Below, in pieces: positions 1 to 10,127 of a stretch of DNA of 43,985 bases (positions within the stretch are counted from its first letter, which is position 1; each line of letters opens with the position of its first letter). The position numbers and the translations under genes are program-made. This stretch comes from a virus. The notes beneath the pieces are model-generated. The model was given only the letters and a program-made list of their open reading frames with translations. It did not search any database and was not told where the DNA came from. Where the stretch lies: IMG/VR virus record IMGVR_UViG_3300043406_000109, positions 1 to 43,985 of that record; one strand, written 5' to 3'.

Positions 1-127
1 CCGATCCTGTCCGGGGGTGATCCGTACACGATCATCGCACCATGGGCGGAGGCGGACTTGGCGGAAGTGCAGATGCACCAACTGCGCGACGTCGCGTACT
101 TCACCCACGGGGATTATGAGACGTACA
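1..127. repeat. Terminal overlap, copy 1 (identical to 43859-43985). Indicates a circular assembly or a direct terminal repeat
   Basis: Both ends read base by base: 'ccgatcctgtccgggggtgatccgtacacg...ggggattatgagacgtaca' is present at both termini. Unique length is therefore 43858 bp. Confidence 0.97.
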
Positions 128-2007
128 AGCTCGTGCGGCTCGCGGATGACGATTGGACGTTGGAACCGGTGGCGTGGACGCAACCGCCGATGCTGGATGC
201 CAACATTACCACAACGACGATCACACCATCCGCCACCACGGGCACCATCACGCTGGACGCGTCTGACGACCTGTGGGAAGCGGCGCACGTGGGTTCGTAC
301 TGGCGCATCGGCCACAAGCGGGCCGCCCACACCGAACCGATGGCGATCACCGGCAACGGCAACGGCACGGCCTTTGAAATTTTCGGCCCGTGGGAACTGC
401 GCACGTACGGCAATTGGGGCGCGACCGTGATCCTTGAACGATCCACGGATGGCGGCACCGTGTACGAGTCCGTGCGCCAGTGGACGGGGTTTATCACGGC
501 CGGCGTCGGATCCCGCAACGTGTCTTCCGAGGGCACCGCTGAAACGAACGCGCTTTATCGCGTGCGGATCGCGAATTTCGATTCTGCCGGCACGGACGCC
601 AAGGTGGTGCTGGAGGCCCCGCAGGCCGTCGTGTTCGGCATCGTCAAGATCACGGACGTGGACGATGCCACCAACGCGGACGCCGTGGTGATCTCCGAAC
701 TCTACGCCACGACGGCAACCACGGAATGGGCGGAGGGCGCATGGTCCGGTGTTCGTGGGTACGCGCGAACCGTCGCTTCGCACGAACAGCGGTTGCTGTT
801 CGGAGGCACCTTTTACCAGCCAAACGGCACGTGGGGATCCGCCACGGACGATTTCGAGAACTTTGAAGGCGGCACGGATGCGGACGATTCGTGGGCGTTC
901 GAGTTGGCCGGCGCAGAGTTGAATCTGATCATGTGGATGTGTTCCGCCAACGTGCTGTTGATCGGCACGTCCGGCGGAGAATGGCGCATGCGCGGCAACA
1001 GCGCGGGCGATCCGATCACGCCTTCGCGCGTCGACGCCAAGCAGTTGAGCCAATACGGATCCGCCCCGATTCCCGCGGTGCGCGCCGGCACGGCCGTGCT
1101 GTTCGTCGAACGCAAGGCGAAGCATGTCCGCGAAATCGTGTACACGCAGGACGTCGACCAACTGGAGGCGCCGGACCTGACGTTGCTTTCCGAGCACGTG
1201 GCCCGCTCCGGTGTCGTCAAGATGGCGTGGCAGGCGGACACCCGGATTATGTGGTGTGTGATGAATGACGGGACATGCGCGGCCCTCACCTACAACCGAG
1301 AAGAACAAGTGGTGGGATGGCACCGCCACGTCACGGACGGGGATTTTCTGAGCGTGACGACGGTTTACGGCCCCGACGATACGACGGACGAAGCGTGGTT
1401 CGTCGTGGAACGCACCAACGGCAAGATGATCGAACGCCTGCATCCGCAAACGTGGGAGGCGGACGGCGCCGTGAAGGCGGACGCGTTCCACGTCGATTCC
1501 GGGCTGTCGTACAACGGCTCGCCGAACACTGCGTTTGGCGGCGCCGATCACCTCGCGGGCCTCACCTGTGTGGCCCTCGCGGACGGCGTGCCGATTCACG
1601 GCGTGGCGGTTGACGACAACGGCGACTTCGTTTTGGACGAACCCGCCAGCAAGGTGCACATCGGCCTTGAGTACGTGCCCGTGCTGTCGCCGTTCCGGCT
1701 GGATTCGGACCAACTGTTGGGGATCCACCTCGGAAAAACGAAGCGCGTCGTGGCGTTGACGCTTCGCCTGCGGACGACGTTGGGCCTCACGTGCACCGTC
1801 GATCCGGAAGGGGAGGACGAGGAAGACAAACCCGTGGAGTTCCCGGACGGCGGCGTGCCGGCGAACCCGCCTTTGTTCACTGGCGATTTACCGGTGGATT
1901 TTTCCAGCGCCCACGAGTTCGATCCCCGGGTGATCATCAAACAACCGGAGCCGTTGCCGTTCATCCTCGTGGCGATGGTGGTCGGATACACCGTTTCAAG
2001 CTCGTGA
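1..2007 (+). CDS. 3' part of the same nozzle / tail tubular protein B-like gene (T7 gp12-like body)
   Basis: Frame 1 is open from base 1 to TGA 2005-2007. 'RDVAYFTHGDYETYKLVRL..W' plus the 'RFxYS..ALELG..YMRF' start match my recollection of podovirus nozzle proteins. It follows the tail tubular A-like gene and precedes the internal virion protein genes. Confidence 0.7.
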   Translation, partial: PILSGGDPYTIIAPWAEADLAEVQMHQLRDVAYFTHGDYETYKLVRLADDDWTLEPVAWTQPPMLDANITTTTITPSATTGTITLDASDDLWEAAHVGSYWRIGHKRAAHTEPMAITGNGNGTAFEIFGPWELRTYGNWGATVILERSTDGGTVYESVRQWTGFITAGVGSRNVSSEGTAETNALYRVRIANFDSAGTDAKVVLEAPQAVVFGIVKITDVDDATNADAVVISELYATTATTEWAEGAWSGVRGYARTVASHEQRLLFGGTFYQPNGTWGSATDDFENFEGGTDADDSWAFELAGAELNLIMWMCSANVLLIGTSGGEWRMRGNSAGDPITPSRVDAKQLSQYGSAPIPAVRAGTAVLFVERKAKHVREIVYTQDVDQLEAPDLTLLSEHVARSGVVKMAWQADTRIMWCVMNDGTCAALTYNREEQVVGWHRHVTDGDFLSVTTVYGPDDTTDEAWFVVERTNGKMIERLHPQTWEADGAVKADAFHVDSGLSYNGSPNTAFGGADHLAGLTCVALADGVPIHGVAVDDNGDFVLDEPASKVHIGLEYVPVLSPFRLDSDQLLGIHLGKTKRVVALTLRLRTTLGLTCTVDPEGEDEEDKPVEFPDGGVPANPPLFTGDLPVDFSSAHEFDPRVIIKQPEPLPFILVAMVVGYTVSSS

Positions 2008-2387
2008 CCCTCTCCGCCCGAAATACCAACGACGTCGCGGCCATTGCCCACGTGGTCGGACCCACCGTGGCGGATCCCGCCACGTGGATCCACCACGCCA
2101 GCGCCGTGTTGATGCTGGAGTGTGACGGCGATCCCGTGGGCGTGGTGTTGTTGGTCGACGGAGCGTTGCCGTCGATCCACCTTCACGTCATGCCGCACCA
2201 TCGCGGACGGATCGTTTTCCAGTTTCTTCCCGTGATCCGGGATTGGTTGCTCACCTTCCGGCCACGCTGGCAAAACGTGTGGACTTGGGTTGCCGATGCC
2301 GCCCACGAGCGGTTTGCGCGCCGGTGCGGATTCGTTCCGGCCTTCGCAACTGACGGTTGCCGCCACCTTTTCCACCCCCTCCACTGA
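2004..2387 (+). CDS. GNAT-like acetyltransferase-fold protein (127 aa), GTG start
   Basis: GTG 2004 overlaps the upstream stop (GTGA). 'IHLHVMPHHRGRIVFQFLPVIRDWL' and 'ERFARRCGFVP' resemble the GNAT motif A and the C-terminal 'F..k.GF'. Family call is from motifs only. Confidence 0.45.
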   Translation: MTLSARNTNDVAAIAHVVGPTVADPATWIHHASAVLMLECDGDPVGVVLLVDGALPSIHLHVMPHHRGRIVFQFLPVIRDWLLTFRPRWQNVWTWVADAAHERFARRCGFVPAFATDGCRHLFHPLH

Positions 2388-2875
2388 TGGCCTTTCCACT
2401 GGCAGTTGCTTCCCTCGTCGGCACCGGAGTCGGTACGATCGCGCAGTACCAAGGACAGAAGCGCATGGCCAAAACCACCCGCACCGTGGCGGCCTACAAT
2501 GCGCGCGTGCAGGAAAACGAGGCGATCCAAGCGGACTTGGAGGCACGGGAAGGGATCCGGCGCCAACGCGTGGCGGACCGGGCGTTTGCCGGTGACGTGC
2601 GCACGCGCGTGGCGGCCTCGGGTGTGACCACGGCCGGCTCGCCCTTGGAGGTGATGGTGAACAACGCCACCGCCATGGAACTGAGAATACAGGACGAGGC
2701 CCGCCGCGCGGAGTCGGCCCGCCGGGCCGGCGGCGCCCGTGCTCAGGCCACGCGCTACGAGGGCGCGCAGATCGCGAAGGGCTACGACATTTCCGCCTTC
2801 GGCACCATCATGTCCGGGGCCGCGAAGCTCGCGGGCGCCGGCTACAACTTCTACGACTCGGGCGCTTTTTCCTAA
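2387..2875 (+). CDS. Small internal virion / ejection protein candidate with an N-terminal TM helix (162 aa)
   Basis: ATG 2387 overlaps the upstream TGA (TGATG). Hydrophobic N-terminus 'MAFPLAVASLVGTGVGTIA', helical Arg/Ala-rich body, Gly/Ala hydrophobic C-terminus. Position corresponds to T7 gp14. Confidence 0.55.
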   Translation: MAFPLAVASLVGTGVGTIAQYQGQKRMAKTTRTVAAYNARVQENEAIQADLEAREGIRRQRVADRAFAGDVRTRVAASGVTTAGSPLEVMVNNATAMELRIQDEARRAESARRAGGARAQATRYEGAQIAKGYDISAFGTIMSGAAKLAGAGYNFYDSGAFS

Positions 2876-2876
2876 C

Positions 2877-4238
2877 ATGGCCGATCTCCCCGTTCTTCAA
2901 GCCGGCGCCCCACAGGCCGCCCCGATTGCCGGAACCACGCTCAACGCCGAAGCAGTGGGCGCCCCGGGCCGCGCGTTGGTCGGATTCGGCGACGCCATCC
3001 AATCCGCCGCGGCCGTGGCCGGCGACACGGCGTTGCACATCCAGAACGCCAAGAACGTCGCCGCGACCGCGGACGCCGCGCGCCAAATGGATGAAGCGTT
3101 CGCGCAGTACCAAGTGGAAATGCAGAAGCAGACCGACGAAAGCACGTGGACTGACGACTGGATGCAGCGGGCCGGCAAGCTCCGCGTCGACCTGCTGAAA
3201 AGCGCCGCCGGCCCGGCCGCGAAACGCGCGATCGACGAGGATCTCAAAAACTGGGCGAGCAAGACCACCACACAGGTGCGCGGCCAGCAAAGCGCCCGCA
3301 CCACGCAACGCCAACAGGCGCGCATCGGCATGGCCGCGGAATACATGTTCAAGAATGGCGACTATGAGCGCGGCGCCGCGTTCATCGACTCCGGGGAAAA
3401 GGCCGGGTTGTACTTCCCGGAGGAAGCACAGGCGTTGCGCGACAAGGGCCATGAGATTGTCGACTTCAATCAGGCCAATCGCGCCATCGGCGCGGATCCA
3501 ATCGCGGCCGGCGCCGCGCTGGATGACAAAACCCCGACCGGCCGTTGGCGCAACTTCACGTCGCTGGACGAGAACACCCGGCAGGCCTTGAAGGTCGAAG
3601 CGGAGCGGGCCACGGCGCACGTGCGCGAGGATACGTACCGTTCCGTGATCGACCGCCGGAACGCCGGTACGATCGTACCGCCCGACGAACTGCAACGCTA
3701 CGTCGACCAAAAGTTGCTCACGGCGCCGCAAATGAAATCAATTCTGGCGGAGCAACGCCGTTCCGGGGACGATCCGGAGGTGTACAACGATGCCGCGACA
3801 GCGTTCACGGCCGCGGATCACTACGTGCACAAGGACGATCCCACGAACAAACGGTTCACCGAAATCTTGATGATGGGCGCCGGCCTGCCGCCCACCCTGC
3901 GGGACGAGGTGGAACGCCGGTTGCGCGGCAAGACCGCCAAGACCGGCGAAAACACCGCGTTGAAACTCGCCAACGACTACGTGGAGGGCCAGCATCGCGG
4001 CGGGTTCTACGGCAACGCGTCCGTGATTTCGGGGCGGGCGCTCAACCAAAAAGAGTTTGAGGCGGCCAATCGCCGGCTCGTGGAACTGAAGCAGGAAATT
4101 GCCCGCTTCACCGAAGCGAACCCGACCGCCTCGGCCACGGACGTTTTGACGCACATCCAGACCTTGGACGTCAAGAAGCGCACGGACCCCACGCCAATTG
4201 TGGACGCCATCACGGGCGTGGGATCCGGGGGGTTGTAA
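2877..4238 (+). CDS. Internal virion protein candidate (453 aa, helical)
   Basis: ATG 2877 lies 1 nt after the upstream TAA; the track ORF 2739-4238 extends upstream into the previous gene. Position corresponds to T7 gp15. No catalytic motif seen. Confidence 0.6.
   Translation: MADLPVLQAGAPQAAPIAGTTLNAEAVGAPGRALVGFGDAIQSAAAVAGDTALHIQNAKNVAATADAARQMDEAFAQYQVEMQKQTDESTWTDDWMQRAGKLRVDLLKSAAGPAAKRAIDEDLKNWASKTTTQVRGQQSARTTQRQQARIGMAAEYMFKNGDYERGAAFIDSGEKAGLYFPEEAQALRDKGHEIVDFNQANRAIGADPIAAGAALDDKTPTGRWRNFTSLDENTRQALKVEAERATAHVREDTYRSVIDRRNAGTIVPPDELQRYVDQKLLTAPQMKSILAEQRRSGDDPEVYNDAATAFTAADHYVHKDDPTNKRFTEILMMGAGLPPTLRDEVERRLRGKTAKTGENTALKLANDYVEGQHRGGFYGNASVISGRALNQKEFEAANRRLVELKQEIARFTEANPTASATDVLTHIQTLDVKKRTDPTPIVDAITGVGSGGL
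3667..3678. repeat. Palindrome GTACGATCGTAC, copy 1 (inside CDS 2877-4238; encodes GTIVP)
   Basis: Read directly. The extended form GGTACGATCGTACC spans 3666-3679. Confidence 0.9.
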
Positions 4239-4242
4239 GACC

Positions 4243-7200
4243 ATGCCCAACGCAGTTCCCGCCTCGCCAGCGGCACAGGAACAGCCGCGCGACCCCCTCA
4301 CGGTGTTCGATGGGTTGTTCGCGTCGACCGATAATTGGTCGGGCGTCCTGCCGGCCTCGTCCGTCTCGCGGATCAACGCCCAACTGGCCGGATCCGTGGA
4401 CCCCAAAACGGACCGCATGCGCATGGCGAACCAAGCATGGCTGGCGCACTCGTTCAAGAAACCGGCCGGCGAAGTCGCGGATGGGTACGAGGGTTACAAG
4501 CAGGCATGGGCCAAACAGGTGTTGGGCACGGACAAGCCGATGGACGATGCCACGTTCTACGCTTCAACTGGGCAATGGATGCAGAAGCGAAAGGCGGAAC
4601 GTGTGATGCTCAACGACATGGCCGCCGGAATGTTCGACGGACTGCGCAAGGGCAAGACCTTCGATCAATCGTTTGAAGATCAGCGCCGGGCCAATTGGCT
4701 GTCGAACAAGGGGTGGGAGGCCAAGAATCAGGACCGGTACCGCGAGTTGCTCCGTTCCACGTGGAACAATATAGGGGAAACCCGGAGCCGGCTGGAGCCT
4801 TTGATTGATGAACTCGCGGGGTTTTACCGATACGCCCGTGCGGGCACCAAGCCGGGCGAGGGCGATGCGTTTGTGGCACACCGGGACGCGTTGGTGAAGA
4901 AACTGGGGGGCCTCAACGCCAACGATCGCGAAATGGCCATGGACTTCGCCTCGGGGATGGCGTCGACCGATGCGACTCCGGAAAAAGGTTTTCTGGAAAA
5001 GCTCGGTGGGCGGCTCGCGCGCGGCAGTGACACCCTCGGGTTTGAGGCGATCCAAGGTTTCCACCAACTGACCGCGCCCATGGGCGTGTCGTTCGACGTG
5101 CTCAACGGCGACGTGGAACGCTCCATGATGGCGCGCGTGACGGGCGAAGTGGATCCGCTGAAGGCGAACGGCTGGATTGCCAACGGCCTGTTGGATGCGA
5201 GCGAAAGTTTTCCGCGCATGGCGATTTCGCTCACGCCTCCGGGGATCGCGGTGAACGTGATGGCCTACAAGTCCGAACTCCGGGCGGACTTCCTCGCGCG
5301 CGGCGTCAGCCCGATGGAGGCGCAAGGCCTCTCCGCCGTGGCCGCGCTCCCCTATGCTGCGCTCGACTACGTTTCCGCGAAAATGGTGTTTGGCGGAACC
5401 GTGCCCGGGTTGGATCGCGTGTTGGCGCCGATCAAATCGGCCGCCGGCCTGACGTTCTCCGCGGGCGCGAAACGCGCGGCCGTGATCTTCGGCGTGGAGT
5501 TGGGCGAACAGTATTTGCAGGAGGCGGCACAAGACCTGACGGCGCCCACGGTCCAAGCCATGGCCGGGTTGCTTAACGACAAGATTCCTGCCGTGGACTG
5601 GCGCAAGGAGTTCGCCCGGGTGGGCGCCGCGTCGCCGCAAACGCTGGCCGCCCTGTTGCCGCTCGTGCTGATCGGTACGACCACGGCCACTTTCAAGGAA
5701 AGGGGATACGGGAAAAAGTACGTGCAACAGGTCGCCCATCTGGAGGCCTTGGGGTTCACGCCGGACGCGATTCAGGGGATCACCGCGGCCAAAACCCCCG
5801 ACGAGGCCAACGCGGTGATGGCCCGCGAGTGGAACCGGCGCAAGACCGACACGCCGGTGCAGCAAGCGGCCGTGGAAAAACTCAATCAAGACATGGCCAC
5901 CGCGGCCGATGAAGTGGGCATGCCAGCCGCGGAACCGCCCTCCGTCACGCTCAAGCCACTGCCGGCCGGCGCCACAGTGGAGTTCCAAGGCGCCAAGCAT
6001 GCGATGTTCGAAGGTGTCGGGCCGAAGGTCGACCATTGGTTGGTGAAGCTCCCGGGCGAAACCCGGGGCGAAGTGCTGACGGCCGAAGCACTGGCGAACC
6101 GCGGTTTTGTTCCACCCTCGCGCGTCCCTGATTTCATCAAGAGCATTGGCCAAGCGCAGACGATCGCGGACATGGACGCACTGGGGAAGACGAACGACGC
6201 CGGCCTGTCGGGACTCGCGCACGAAATCGGCCTCGGTGTGACGACTCCCGCGGAAGTGCGCGCGTTGGAAACGGCGGCGAAGGAATTTGCGGACGAGGCC
6301 CGCGCCGTGATGAACGGCCCCGGCTCCATCGAATCCAAGTTCGACCTTGGACAGATGTTGTCGACCAAGGCACAGCTTTTCCGGGAGGCGCACGAGGCCG
6401 CCACGGGCGAAGGATCCGCCGGCCTGCACCTGCGGACGCAAAACGAGAACTTTCGCCCGCCGATCACACGCAACGCGGATGGCACGTTGAGTGTGACGAC
6501 GGAGGATGGCACGGCGCACGTGGCGTCGACGCCCGAGGAAGCGGCGTCGATTCTTCGGGGCGTGAAACCCGGCGCCGCACCGGTCGACCTGTCCACGCCG
6601 GGCGCCTCACTGGACGCACGCGCGGCGGCCACGAACACAATTGCGACCGGCGCACAGGAAACAGACATGCCGGCGGACGCGGAGTTTACCCGCTACGGCT
6701 CGCAACCGAACCGTGCCCGACTCGCACTGACGGCACAGAACAAGGGCGGCGTGTCGGCGCCGCAAGTGATGGCGGCCTTCGGCGACATTGTGAAAGCGTT
6801 CGGCGGCCGTGGCTCACTGATGATCCGGATTGGTCGCATGGGCCGGAAGGCCAAAACCGCGCTCGGTTTCTACCGGCTCCGCGAGCGGATCATTCGCATT
6901 GGCTCCGCGAACAACCTTGAAACGGCCGCGCATGAAGTGGCCCACGCGCTGGACGATGCGGTGTTCGGCATCGGGCACGGTTGGGGCACGAAGGTGGTCC
7001 CCGCGGATGCCCACGCCGAACTGATGCAACTCGGGCGCGACCTGTACGGATCGCGAAATCCCGTGGGTGGGTATGCGTCCGAGGGTTGGGCGGAGTTCGT
7101 CCGCCTGTGGCTGTTGGATCCCGAACAGGCACAGACCAAGGCGCCGCAGTTGTGGGCGCACATGGGCACGCTGTGGGGCAAGATGGATCCGGCCGTGCAA

Positions 7201-9954
7201 CTCGCCGCGGAACGCGCGCAAAAGCTCGGCACGACGTTCTACCGTCAAGGCGCGATGGAGCGGGCGCGACAGTCCATCGCGCAACAGCCCTCGCGGTTCG
7301 CCGTGGTGGCCGAACGGGCGAAAACCGCCCTTGAAACCGTCCGGCGCAAGTGGATTGAGTCCGCCCAACCGATCAAGGATTTCGTCGACGCGGCCGTGGA
7401 AAGTGGCGGACCGATCCCGGACGCGGTGAATCCGTTTTTCACCCTCACCGCGCGCCGGCTCACGGCGGATTCAATTGTCGATTACATGGCCCGCACCGCG
7501 ATGATCGACCACGCCGGCAACGTCACCGGCAAACCTTTGCAGGATGCGTTTGCGATCGTGAAGGACAAGCGGGACGATTTCGTGATCTACCTGTGGGCGA
7601 AACGCGCCCTCGCGCTGTGGGACACGAACCGCAATCCCGGACTGGCCAAGGCGGACGCGGAACAACTCGTGGCCGAACTCGAAACGCCGGCCTTTGAACT
7701 CGCGGCCCAACAGGTGTACGACTGGAACAACGCCGTGCTGGACTACGCGGCACAGGCCGTGCCGGACTTCCGCGAAGTGGTGAAAAAGATCCGCGCCGTG
7801 GATCCCGGGTTCTACATTCCACTGTTCCGCGAGTTCACCGCGCTGGATGATCGTTACGGCGGCGGCGGCGTGGCCGGCGGGAAAAACCTCGTCAAGCGGT
7901 TGAAGGGATCCGGCCGGCGGATCAAGGATCCGGTGGAGTCCATGATCGCACAGGCGAAGGCCATCGTGCTGAAGACCCAGCAAAAAATCGTGCTGGATCA
8001 AATCTTGAAGCTGGCCCAACGCACCGAAGGCATGGGCGCGTGGGTGTCAGAGGTACCGCAAAACCAAGTTCCCGAACGCGTGGCTGGCTGGCAGGTGGCC
8101 AAGCAGGTGAAAAAGTTCCTCGAATCACAGGCCAACACCCCGGAGGCGAAGGCCCTCGCCCAACAGATTGGCGACACCCTGAAGGACGAACTCGACGGCG
8201 CCGCGCTCACGTTTTTTATCCCGGCGCACCAGCCGAAACAGAACGAGGCGCCCATCCTGCCCGTGATGAAGGGCGGCGAGGTGAAGTGGTACGAGATGGA
8301 TCCGGAGCTTTACAAGGCACTGTCCGGAATGGATCTAGCGAAGCTCCCGGCCGCGCTGGATTTGTTCCTCGGGTTGCCGGCGCGCATGGTGCGACTGGGG
8401 ACCACGGGACTGCGCGCCGCGTTCTCTCTCGTCACGAATCCACTGCGCGACTTCCGCACGCTGCAAATGAACAGCACCGCGAGTTCCAACTCCGGGCAGT
8501 TGTTCGGCCTGTGGTTGTCGTCGATGCGGGAAATGGCCGTGGAGGCGATGACGTTCGGCAAGATCCGCTCGCAATGGGCGGACGTGGCGGACCGGCTCGG
8601 CATCGAAATGGCGCAATCGCTCGGACAGGACACGCGGCCGTTGCAGCGGGCCGCCCGCCGGGTGAAACGCGGCGGGGCGTGGGCACCGCTGGACATGGCG
8701 GACAACTTCGATTTGTTGCGCGAGCTTTTGCAATTCCCCGAGACGGCCGCTCGCCTCGCGGAGATCCGGGCCGTGGCGAAAGACCTTGGGTGGGATCCCT
8801 CGCAACGACTCACGCCCGCGATCGCCGCGAAGTTGATCGTGGCCGGTAAACAGGTGACAACGGATTTCACCGCGGCCGGGGAATGGGCACGCCTCTACAA
8901 TCAGGCCGTGCCGTTTTTCAATGCCGGGATCCAAGGCCCGCGCGCCCACGTGCGCGCCTTTCAGCGGGATCCCCACAAGTTCGTTTTGCGCGGCCTGATG
9001 GGCACGGCGCTGGCACTGGCCCTGTGGTGGCGGAACAAGGACGAGCCGTGGTGGCAGGAAATGAGCAGCAAGGAAAAGTACCTGTTCTCGTACATCCCGG
9101 CCGGGGATGAACTGATCCGCCTCCCGCGCTCGTTTGAAGTCGATGGCCTGTTCATGGCGTCGACGGAGGCAATGTTGGATGCGTGGTACCAGAACGATCC
9201 GGCGGCCGTGAAAGATTGGTTCGGCAACTTCGCGTCGAACATCACGCAGATCGACAGTGCCGGCGGCGTCCCGGTCCCGCCGGTACCGGTACTCACCAAG
9301 CTGGCCGCGGAGCAACTGGCGAACCGCGATTTCTTTTTCAACCGGCCGATCGTACCGCGGGGCGAACTGGAAAATGTCCGCCCGGAGGAACAGTACAACG
9401 AGTTCACCACGGCCGCGGCGATCGCGGCCGGCGGCATCCTGAAGATTTCCCCGCGGCGGATCGACCACACCATCCGCAACCTGTTCGGCCCGGTGGGCAT
9501 CGACCTTGTGGGCCTGTTCGGCCACGGCGACGGATCCGCCACGACCACGCGCGAACTGGAGGCCGCGGACACGCCGGTGTTGGGCGTCCTGTTCCAGCGC
9601 GGCGGACAGGTGGCCCGTAACCCCAAGTCCGTGGAGGCCCTGTACGATCGTTATGAGGATGCGCTCAAGATCCAGCGCAGCAAGCGCGAGCAGGAAACGG
9701 ACGAACAGAAACAGGTCCGCCTGATGTTGCAGGACGCGGTTCGCGCACAGACGGCGCTGGCGATGATTCAAAAGCACACGGCCGGACGCGAGGAACGCCG
9801 GCAACTAGCGTTGACGCGCATCGCCGTGGCGCGGAGTGCGGTGAAGATGGCGGACAGTGGCGAGGTGGACCGCGCGCAAAACCTCGAAATCTTGGGCGAG
9901 GCCAGACAGTCGCTCATGGATGAAATGCAGGACAGCGAACCGCCAGCGCCATGA
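4243..9954 (+). CDS. Giant virion-associated (ejection / polyvalent-type) protein, 1903 aa, with a zincin-like HExxH motif
   Basis: ATG 4243 lies 4 nt after the upstream TAA. It is the longest ORF in the window. 'AAHEVAHALDD' (HEVAH codons at 6931-6945) is followed by 'GYASEGWAEF'. It is the last gene of the structural arm, the T7 gp16-like position. Confidence 0.7.
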   Translation: MPNAVPASPAAQEQPRDPLTVFDGLFASTDNWSGVLPASSVSRINAQLAGSVDPKTDRMRMANQAWLAHSFKKPAGEVADGYEGYKQAWAKQVLGTDKPMDDATFYASTGQWMQKRKAERVMLNDMAAGMFDGLRKGKTFDQSFEDQRRANWLSNKGWEAKNQDRYRELLRSTWNNIGETRSRLEPLIDELAGFYRYARAGTKPGEGDAFVAHRDALVKKLGGLNANDREMAMDFASGMASTDATPEKGFLEKLGGRLARGSDTLGFEAIQGFHQLTAPMGVSFDVLNGDVERSMMARVTGEVDPLKANGWIANGLLDASESFPRMAISLTPPGIAVNVMAYKSELRADFLARGVSPMEAQGLSAVAALPYAALDYVSAKMVFGGTVPGLDRVLAPIKSAAGLTFSAGAKRAAVIFGVELGEQYLQEAAQDLTAPTVQAMAGLLNDKIPAVDWRKEFARVGAASPQTLAALLPLVLIGTTTATFKERGYGKKYVQQVAHLEALGFTPDAIQGITAAKTPDEANAVMAREWNRRKTDTPVQQAAVEKLNQDMATAADEVGMPAAEPPSVTLKPLPAGATVEFQGAKHAMFEGVGPKVDHWLVKLPGETRGEVLTAEALANRGFVPPSRVPDFIKSIGQAQTIADMDALGKTNDAGLSGLAHEIGLGVTTPAEVRALETAAKEFADEARAVMNGPGSIESKFDLGQMLSTKAQLFREAHEAATGEGSAGLHLRTQNENFRPPITRNADGTLSVTTEDGTAHVASTPEEAASILRGVKPGAAPVDLSTPGASLDARAAATNTIATGAQETDMPADAEFTRYGSQPNRARLALTAQNKGGVSAPQVMAAFGDIVKAFGGRGSLMIRIGRMGRKAKTALGFYRLRERIIRIGSANNLETAAHEVAHALDDAVFGIGHGWGTKVVPADAHAELMQLGRDLYGSRNPVGGYASEGWAEFVRLWLLDPEQAQTKAPQLWAHMGTLWGKMDPAVQLAAERAQKLGTTFYRQGAMERARQSIAQQPSRFAVVAERAKTALETVRRKWIESAQPIKDFVDAAVESGGPIPDAVNPFFTLTARRLTADSIVDYMARTAMIDHAGNVTGKPLQDAFAIVKDKRDDFVIYLWAKRALALWDTNRNPGLAKADAEQLVAELETPAFELAAQQVYDWNNAVLDYAAQAVPDFREVVKKIRAVDPGFYIPLFREFTALDDRYGGGGVAGGKNLVKRLKGSGRRIKDPVESMIAQAKAIVLKTQQKIVLDQILKLAQRTEGMGAWVSEVPQNQVPERVAGWQVAKQVKKFLESQANTPEAKALAQQIGDTLKDELDGAALTFFIPAHQPKQNEAPILPVMKGGEVKWYEMDPELYKALSGMDLAKLPAALDLFLGLPARMVRLGTTGLRAAFSLVTNPLRDFRTLQMNSTASSNSGQLFGLWLSSMREMAVEAMTFGKIRSQWADVADRLGIEMAQSLGQDTRPLQRAARRVKRGGAWAPLDMADNFDLLRELLQFPETAARLAEIRAVAKDLGWDPSQRLTPAIAAKLIVAGKQVTTDFTAAGEWARLYNQAVPFFNAGIQGPRAHVRAFQRDPHKFVLRGLMGTALALALWWRNKDEPWWQEMSSKEKYLFSYIPAGDELIRLPRSFEVDGLFMASTEAMLDAWYQNDPAAVKDWFGNFASNITQIDSAGGVPVPPVPVLTKLAAEQLANRDFFFNRPIVPRGELENVRPEEQYNEFTTAAAIAAGGILKISPRRIDHTIRNLFGPVGIDLVGLFGHGDGSATTTRELEAADTPVLGVLFQRGGQVARNPKSVEALYDRYEDALKIQRSKREQETDEQKQVRLMLQDAVRAQTALAMIQKHTAGREERRQLALTRIAVARSAVKMADSGEVDRAQNLEILGEARQSLMDEMQDSEPPAP

Positions 9955-10073
9955 GCCCGGCCAGATAGACCGCGACCACGAGCAAGCGCCACCATGTGCG
10001 GCGCACGGCCGCGGAGTCGAACGCGGCGCCAAGACCCAACAGCAACAGGCCGGCAAGGATGTACTCGGGTACC

Positions 10074-10104
10074 AAAACGGCGGCCATCCGTGGACGGCCG
10101 CCGT
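10074..10104 (-). terminator. Rho-independent terminator of the minus arm, in the convergence zone
   Basis: 9-bp GC stem ACGGCGGCC (10077-10085) / GGCCGCCGT (10096-10104) with a 10-nt loop. On the minus strand it is followed by TTTT (complement of 10074-10077). It lies 24 nt downstream of the stop at 10128. Confidence 0.7.
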
Positions 10105-10127
10105 GCGGGTTCAAGGTGTAAGTCGGC

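Noticed and set aside
1-127. The 127-bp terminal repeat as a biological direct terminal repeat (T7-like DTR).
   Set aside because: The exact length of 127 matches a common assembler k-mer, and the repeat lies inside a coding sequence. Assembly closure is more parsimonious. This cannot be settled without reads.
9914-10087. 57-aa two-TM ORF (MAAVLVPEYILAGLLLLGL...) on the minus strand in the convergence zone; considered as a holin or membrane peptide.
   Set aside because: Its ATG lies inside the loop/stem of the 10077-10104 terminator hairpin, and its 3' end overlaps the giant gene. It may be real but is unsupported, so it is not listed as a feature.
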